Assembly: GCA_951406725.2 (NCBI GenBank)
Contig: OX597826.1
Coordinates: 80,104,001-80,168,000 of the forward strand
DNA length: 64,000 bases
Direction of reading: 5' to 3'
Source: Octopus vulgaris
Lineage: Eukaryota
The translations under genes and the position numbers were made by a program. The notes under the pieces are model-generated. The model was not told the origin of the DNA. It worked only from the letters and a program-made list of their open reading frames with translations, and did no database searches. How positions within the stretch are numbered: position 1 is the first letter of the stretch; every line of letters begins with the position of its first letter. Shown here piece after piece: positions 56,134 to 64,000 of the stretch.

Positions 56134-57135
56134 TTATTAGTGCTATTACAATGTATCACGTGGTGTCGTCTGGTGTATATGTTACTGCGATGCTCACACG
56201 GATTGTTGGCTAGTTTGGGCAATTGAAATGAAAACCTGTAAAACTCGGCGACGTATTTGATTGAACTTAATGATAGAGTTAAGAACCTTTCTTACCGGTC
56301 GTTCATTCCAGCTGTTTGGTTGTGAAAGTATGGAATTTTAATTGTGTGATAATGAAATCAATGATCAGTATTAATGGATGAATGATTTACAAGGCGTATT
56401 AAGTAATCTGCATACAATTTATTAATCAGAGTTCTCGACGTAATGAGAGGTGTATAGAAACGGGATCATAATGTGATTTAATTACAGGTATAAATTTAAG
56501 AATTCGGTTGATTTGGAACCTTTCGGTTGACTTACATGTTTAATTGTTAATTCATACTTTAATAGCTGCAGGATTAACTCTATCATTATGCTGTTCATTG
56601 ACAAAAATTATAACTGAATTCTTAAATATATTAAAGAGAAAATAATGGAGGAAAATAATATTATGTGGCCAAGAATACCACAAGACAACAAAAAGAGAGG
56701 CCTAAAGCCAACTATGGTTCGAACGCTCTGGTCTAATAATAGAAACTGGAATAATTACAAAATTGAAATAACGGAAGAATACTTATACCATGTCAACTCT
56801 AACAACGATTGCTGTGAGACAAATTACCGTGTAATTTCTGACAGAGGGACCTTGCCAAGTTTAAGTATATTTCCAGAAACGATTAAGTAGCTATATCTGT
56901 AGAAACGGTACAAAAATCTACCAAAGAAGGAACACGACGACCCCGACGTAACTAAAATCAGCTGAGACATGACTGAACAGACTAACAAAGTAAAAAGAAA
57001 AAAAAAGACAAATAATCAGATTTAATTATGAAGGCAAAGAACGAAACCCCACTCTACTCTGATTTAACCCGAAGAATACCTGGAAGGGGATAAAATTACA
57101 ATGAGTAGTAGTCGCAGCAGAAGCAGCAGCAGCAG

Positions 57136-57216
<81 letters not shown>

Positions 57217-58571
57217 GCATGCACTGTAACTGATCGTCGCTACTCCATTTGTTTGGGGTTCATTACTCGTGACAGACGACACGTTTGCATCACTCAAGCG
57301 ATTCGATGCGTTTATTTGCGTAGTGAGAGTTTTATGAATTCGGATTGCAAACCCTACTTCAACCTCTTTTAGTAAAATTGTACCATAAATATTTGAAGAT
57401 CTAAGTATGATACAGAAGTTTTTGACTTACAATTTTAAAGCCACAGCAGAGCTCACAATATTTCACAAAGTCCAAAGAAAGCCTGGTGAAGAAAACTTTG
57501 CAACCTACGCAAAACAGCTTCAATGCAGTCACACAATGCAAGCGGAACAAACTATACATTCCTAACCCAACAAATAATAAAACTCACAAAACAAATTTTA
57601 CGGAATCACCGCTAAACTATATAACCAGCATATCACTTTCTCTATAACAGCGTTTCCTAACCATTTTACCGTTGGGCAAGTCTTCAACTACATTCCACAG
57701 TTCAGGAACCTTCAAATTAACTAATTATGCATCTTTATTAATTTCCGTTTTTTCCCTTTCAGAAATTTAAGTTTTTAAAAGAATCATAAAACTGCTTGAA
57801 AGGTGTGGCAGGGCTAAAGCCATCAGACGTCTCAAAGGTTTCAAATATTTCATTTTAACCAAGAATTTGTTTTAACCAGCATCCCTCTACAATTCTCTTT
57901 TAAGAGATTTGTATAACTGTAGGACCACTTTACTAACTTTTCAAGATTTCAAACATGCATTTCGTGTGTAATAAAATTACGATTAAAGAAATAAACAGAG
58001 CAATTAACCAGTGATGATCAGTCACATAATTAATCTGCGTATCATTATTTCGAGTGATTAGGAAACTCTGCTTCACATATAACCCAACTGATAAAATGAC
58101 ACAAAACATATCCTTCTATAAAATCGATAGTTGACAGTATTACAATAGTAAGAACAATATACACCCGGTTTGTATTCAATACAGCTATAAAACTGAATCC
58201 CCGCTGCGCATACTTTCGACAATCACGGCCCGACATCGAGAAACATAACATTAGTCACACCACATTGAAGAATCATAACGACCATCATCACTAAAAAAAC
58301 TACGATTCGCAACAAACGAAACAATAACACCAGGAACAACAACTAAACACGTCTTTATATTCCAGAATCTAATCTTCATCGGAACCTACAGAAAATCGGA
58401 CGCATTCGCCATTTGCACTCTTCGCGTTGCTGATATCTTTTTAAAGAGAAAGCCTAGACGCAGTCGCTGCACCTGTAAAAGAGAGCAGCTAAACACCTCA
58501 GTTTAAGCATGGTTTATATACGATAATGAAGTCCCATGTATGTAGCGCTTGATAATAAGATGATCACAGCT

Positions 58572-59060
58572 GCGGGCATGGCAGCATTGTAAGACGTTTG
58601 CTTCCTGGCCGGGTCCAGTCTTACTGCGTGGCACTGTGGCACAAGTGCCATCTTCTATAACCTCGGGTCGACCAAAGTCTTGTGAGTGGATTCGGTAGAC
58701 AGAAACTGATAGAAACCCGTCTGCATACACATACATACATACATACATACATACATAATACATACATACATACATACATATATACATACATACATACATA
58801 CATGTATGTATGTATGTGTGTGTGTGTGTGTGTGTGTGAGTGTGTGTGTGTGTGTGTGAGTGTGTGAGTGTGTGTGTGCATGTGTTTGTCCCCTACCACT
58901 GCTTGACAACTTGTGCTGGTGTGTCTACGTCTTCGTAACTTAGCGGTTTGACAAATACAGAAGGATCGAATAAGTTGCAGGCTTAAGAATGATAAGCACT
59001 GCGGTCGATTCGTTCGACCAAAATTCCTCAAGACGGAGTCCCAGCATGGCCGCAGTCTAA
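58572..59060 (+). mobile_element. SINE family D, diverged
   Basis: Head, microsatellite and tail. Confidence 0.8.
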
Positions 59061-59607
59061 GAGCTGCATCACTTTCGTTACAGAGTTGATCGATTCGGCG
59101 TAACCCAGAAGTAACTAACAACAACAAGAGCAACAACCTCTCACTTCGTTGTGTGACGTAATTCCTACTTAATTTTCGATCAACAACTTTAAACTGTCAA
59201 AGATGGTCTGAGTATTTTTTCAAAACTAGACACGGAAAAAAACGAGAATATTTTGAAGACGGAAAATTCTTTTCATCTTCTGGTTATTTTAATGACATTG
59301 GTCATTAAACATTCAAACGTTTCGACAAGATTGTGTTTTTTTTAGTCACTCTAAGAATGGCTGAAAATTGACAGATTATTTATATTATATAATTGAGACA
59401 TCTTGAACAGATACGCCTGTGTGTGTGTGTGTACGTGTGTGTTCATGTGTGTGCGTGTGTGTATGTGAATGTTCATGTGTGTGCGTGTGTGTGTGTGTGT
59501 GCATGTGTTTGTGTGAGTATGCATGGACTGTATGTGTGTAACCTATGTGACTTTATGCGCCTATGTGTGTGAATGTATGTAATGCTAATACGTGTTTTGT
59601 GTGCGTG

Positions 59608-59651
<44 letters not shown>

Positions 59652-61863
59652 CTTGTGTATGCTTGCGTGTGTATGTGTGTATGCATGATCAGCATGTGTT
59701 TGATCACAAGTCTATCATATGTTGACATGGATCAGATAGTTCTGTAAAATGCTATATTTCCATAGACACTGAGATTGTAGTTCTTCCTTTCTGAAATCCT
59801 GACATTTCCAAGACTTATCTAATTACTCATTCGCAATGCAAACTCTAATCTTAACCACCATTCATCAATAAGAAATAAACTCAAGAAGGACCGTATGTAA
59901 GCTGTAAGCTCTGGGACAAACCAATTCACGATTCGGTTTCGCCGCCTAATCAGAAAATCGCTGCCCAGTTGAAAAGAAGCAGCAGAAGGGCACCTCCAGT
60001 CAACTCCCTCATTTACCATAGACTTTTAAGCAATAACACTCTGTTTCTTGTCTGTTAAAGACATTGATCTTCATATCTCTGTAAGTAATTCAAATAATTT
60101 ATTTAACATATCTAACCCGTGGGATTTTTAAAACATCGTTATTACAAAGTAAAGACTGGTCATGAAATCTTTAATAAACATTAGTTAAATTTATATTGAC
60201 CACCTTTAAAGTCTTTTCTTGCCGTTACTTAAATGGGCACTAAAGTCCTATAAAACCCTTATCTAACGCTGTTCGAATTTCTACCGGTGAAGGCACGTGG
60301 CCGAGTGGACAGTGCGTTGGAGTCACGATTCCCAAACCGGGTGTCACGTTTTGTTCTTGAGCAAAACAACTTGATTTTTAGGTCGACCAAATCCACTAAC
60401 CTGGAAATGAGTTGCAGCTAAAACTGGGAGTTAACTCTGCGACGGACTGATGTGGAAGCGGACGGTTGTAGTTTGGGTTGCTCATTAACCATGGAAACCG
60501 AATGAACTTCGGCTTAATGGTCATGTATATTCGTGACAGATCTAAGACCTAAGAAATCCTAATCGGATTCCGTTCAAGTCTTTATTTGGTTTAAATCAAT
60601 ATTGAAGAACTCTAAATTACCTATTTAACACTGCTTCACATCAATAGCGAACTCCTAAAAACACCAGTTTATAATCAATAACATACCGAATCCTATTCTG
60701 TCCTCGACTAATGCTCGTTGAAACAAACATACAACTCGTATAAACCAACCATTTGACGCTATCTTGAATCAATAATGAACTTTTATAAATGTCCTTATTT
60801 AACACATGCTTAAATCAATTTTGATACACTAGAAAGTCCTCGTTTAGCAGAAAGAACTATACGGTCCTTGGTTGACACTACTTGATATTGAACTCCTATA
60901 ACCTCTCTCATTCAATTGTAAGTATCTAAAAATACTTTTATGACAAACTCTGTCGTAGACGAGACTCTTACATTGAACTAGAAAAGGTCGCCAAGCGTTC
61001 ATAATGTTATTTTGGAGATATGTTTAGATAAATTTATGCCAAAAATAATCATGATGGCTTGTTCATTCGTTCGATGATAAAACATAGACACATGTTGTGG
61101 ATGAGAGAGAAGAAAGAGAAAGTGTAGACGTGGAGAGAGAGAGAGAGAGAGAAGAAGAAGAAGAAAAAAAACCGAAACAAAGAGCAGCGAGGCATGATTC
61201 GAAATAACATCGACATTATATTATTCCAGTATGAAATGTCATATCCGGGATGTGTAAATGTACGATGGATCTAAGAGAATTTCGTTTTGTTAAGAGCATA
61301 ACTGTCGATACCACACCGCCACCGCTACCATACTATCTCTACTGGTGTTATTGCTTCGAAGAAATATGAGTACACACGCGCTCGCGCACTCACACAGAAA
61401 CACAAATTTATTCATTTCGGTGTCAATGGGTACCCCAAATAGTTTCATCTAAAAACATTTTTATACATCCATTCAGTTATGCGACTTAATAATTTCTCTC
61501 GAACCGTGTGATTATTAATAATACCATATTTATTTTTGATTTTTGGACAAAAAAGGTGACATAGAGCATAACTAAAAGCATTTTGGTAGAAAGCAGCTAT
61601 TAGAGTTATGCACCAACCATGTAATATTACACCCCATTAAAAAGACATCCACTTTTCCCTTCTTCCGAAGAAAGACTAGCATCCGAAACGTCGGCTTTCT
61701 CTATATCACTTGTAGTGTTTGTATTAATTTTTACCAGCTCAAAACAGTATTGTTTCGCTACGTAAGAGAGGCATCTTAGCGAATTATTACAAAGCTTAAG
61801 TTAATATAACGTTGAACAGTTTCAACGTTATACAAGTGAAAGAATCAGTTACAAAATGTCGGT

Positions 61864-61911
<48 letters not shown>

Positions 61912-62094
61912 GTATCTGTCTGTCTGTCTGTCTGTTTATCTGTCTGTCTGTTTGTCTATCTGTCTGTCTGTCTGTCTGTCTGTGTGCCTGTCTGTCTCTC
62001 TAGCTATCTATCTACTTATCTGTTTATCTCTATATTTATCTATACACACGCACGCACACACACACACACTCATTCACACACATACACACACACA

Positions 62095-62151
<57 letters not shown>

Positions 62152-63046
62152 GAATTAGAAAGAGAAAGTCTTTGCAACAGTATTATATATTTGAAAACAT
62201 GAACAGAAATGGCTTTACTGATAATTTTTCCGCTTTAATAATTAGATAAACATCTAATTATTAAAGTGGAAAACCTATTCATATCTTTCAAGTATATATA
62301 TGTGTATATATATATATATAGACACACACAATCACACATGCTAATATATATATATAATACGTGTGGGGGGAGGGTGCCCGAAGATGCGCGTGATTGTTTG
62401 TTTGTGTAAATGCGTGTACTTTTATGAAAAGTCAAGGAACTGAAAGAGTCTTACCCACTTCATATTAAGAAAAAATAAATGTCTGATGCTAATGGTGTTA
62501 TTTGGGGGATTGTATATAAGTTTGCTAAATATAGCTTAGAAGGTCCGTTACTTCTCTTTTGAAACGAAAATTCCTGCTGTGCCTAAAAAGCAAGCACTCT
62601 ATCTTCATTCGATACAAGATTCGAAAGACGTTCACCCTACATAGAATGCAATATCCGGGATTTCTAATGAAAATGCAATGGATCTGTCGAACGAGAAAAA
62701 TTGACGAAGATGTCTCCGAAAATCTCTTCCATGAAAAGTATGTTAAGTAACATAAATAATGGTGGGGGGATTGTGAAAAGCTCTAACGCAAACACAAGCA
62801 CTTACATACACACGGCCGCGCGCACCCCCATATATTGTGCGTACATACATACACACACACACACACAAACACATATGCATGTATGTGCGTATGTAGACAT
62901 ATGTTTATGTATCTGTGCTTGTACCTGCGCGTGTATGAATTCAACAACTATGATTTGAAAATACGCAGTACTTCCGTTTCTTGCTGAGAGCTTTCTTCCA
63001 GTTAAAGTAGTTACTCCAAGTGAGTTACCGAGGAACTTTTCTCTCG

Positions 63047-63119
<73 letters not shown>

Positions 63120-63568
63120 CATATATATACATATGCTTCTTTTTCGTTGATAATAATGAATTGGAACTTTGCATGGAACTCATTCAAATTTCTTGTATTC
63201 TTCGCATTTCAAACTTTATCTGTAAGTATGTAACTCCTAGTTTTCCATCACGATAGGACATATTTCTGTTAAGAAAACTTTTTGTACATTTTTTCTTTCC
63301 AATGTGTGCTTTCTAAATTTTCCTGGTGATTTACATTTCAATAAATACGATGCCATTTTCGTATATATCTATTCTAGCTGTGAAATCCAACTGCATGAAA
63401 ATCAAACCGATTCTTATGTAAGCGAACGAGACTCAATTCCTGTATACCTCATATTTAATACTCTTCTACTACTATCGTTAATAATGACAATATCTCTACG
63501 TTCGATCTTCAACTCACTCTGTTGAGAAAGCTATCGTATTATAAATTTCACATGCATTTTTTTTATTT

Positions 63569-63893
63569 GGAGCACTCCGTCGGTTACGACGACGAGGGTC
63601 CCAGCTGATACGATCAACGGAACAGCTTGCTCGTGAAATTAACGTGCAAGTGGCTGAGCACTCCACAGACACGCGTACCCCTAATGTAATTCTCAGGGAG
63701 ATTCAGCGTGACACAGAGTGTGACAAGGCTGGCCCTTTCAAATACAGATACTACTCATTTTTGCCAGCTGAGTGGACTGGAGCAATATGAAATAAAGTGT
63801 CTTGCTCAAGGACACAACGCGTCGACGGGAATCGAACTCACGACCTTACAATCGTGAGCCGAATGCCCTAACCACTAAGCCACGCGCCTTCAC
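63569..63893 (-). mobile_element. SINE family A
   Basis: Reverse-complement full copy; acatgcat occurs on both flanks. Confidence 0.9.
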
Positions 63894-64000
63894 AACATGC
63901 ATATATATATTCGCATATATATGTATTCACAACACACAAAGTATAGGAATTTATTTTTTACTCTTTGCTTGTAATATATAATATCTGAAGTCCATGATTT

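Noticed and set aside
57064-57297. Poly-Leu ORF as a possible signal-peptide exon, with a weak CAG|GTATTC donor
   Set aside because: The hydrophobic run comes from a (CTA/CTG)n microsatellite, and no intervening YDxRxxP exon was found to link it to 53042.
57431-57559. Minus-strand reading MYSLFRLHCV...GFKI ending at a gtaagt donor
   Set aside because: No similarity to the channel N-terminus, and phase 0 does not fit the phase-1 acceptor.
61660-61700. ccgaaga...gaaacgtc hammerhead-like string
   Set aside because: Stems I and II do not pair.

Overview
AT-rich, microsatellite- and SINE-saturated animal genomic DNA; the repeat landscape suggests Octopus (inferred, not proven). It is almost entirely intronic sequence of one minus-strand Cys-loop ligand-gated ion channel gene of the GlyR/GABA-A/GluCl-like branch. 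Three coding exons can be read with canonical GT-AG sites and matching phases: 53042-52975 (68 nt), 14162-13939 (224 nt) and 3113-3031 (83 nt). They are separated by introns of 38.8 kb and 10.8 kb. The spliced extracellular domain has an unusual agonist pocket: the loop-D Arg is Thr, the loop-B Glu is Lys, and loop E has two extra Arg. The introns hold at least four tRNA-derived SINE families, mariner and DD37D (maT) transposon relics, MITEs, two non-autonomous Helitrons and LINE 3' ends. They also hold several Penelope-like or retrozyme-like elements with hammerhead ribozyme motifs, including a 583-nt unit with a 112-nt terminal repeat and a family placing a tRNA-like Pol III head upstream of the hammerhead. 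Almost all ORFs in the supplied track are microsatellite artefacts. All of this was read by eye, so repeat boundaries are approximate.
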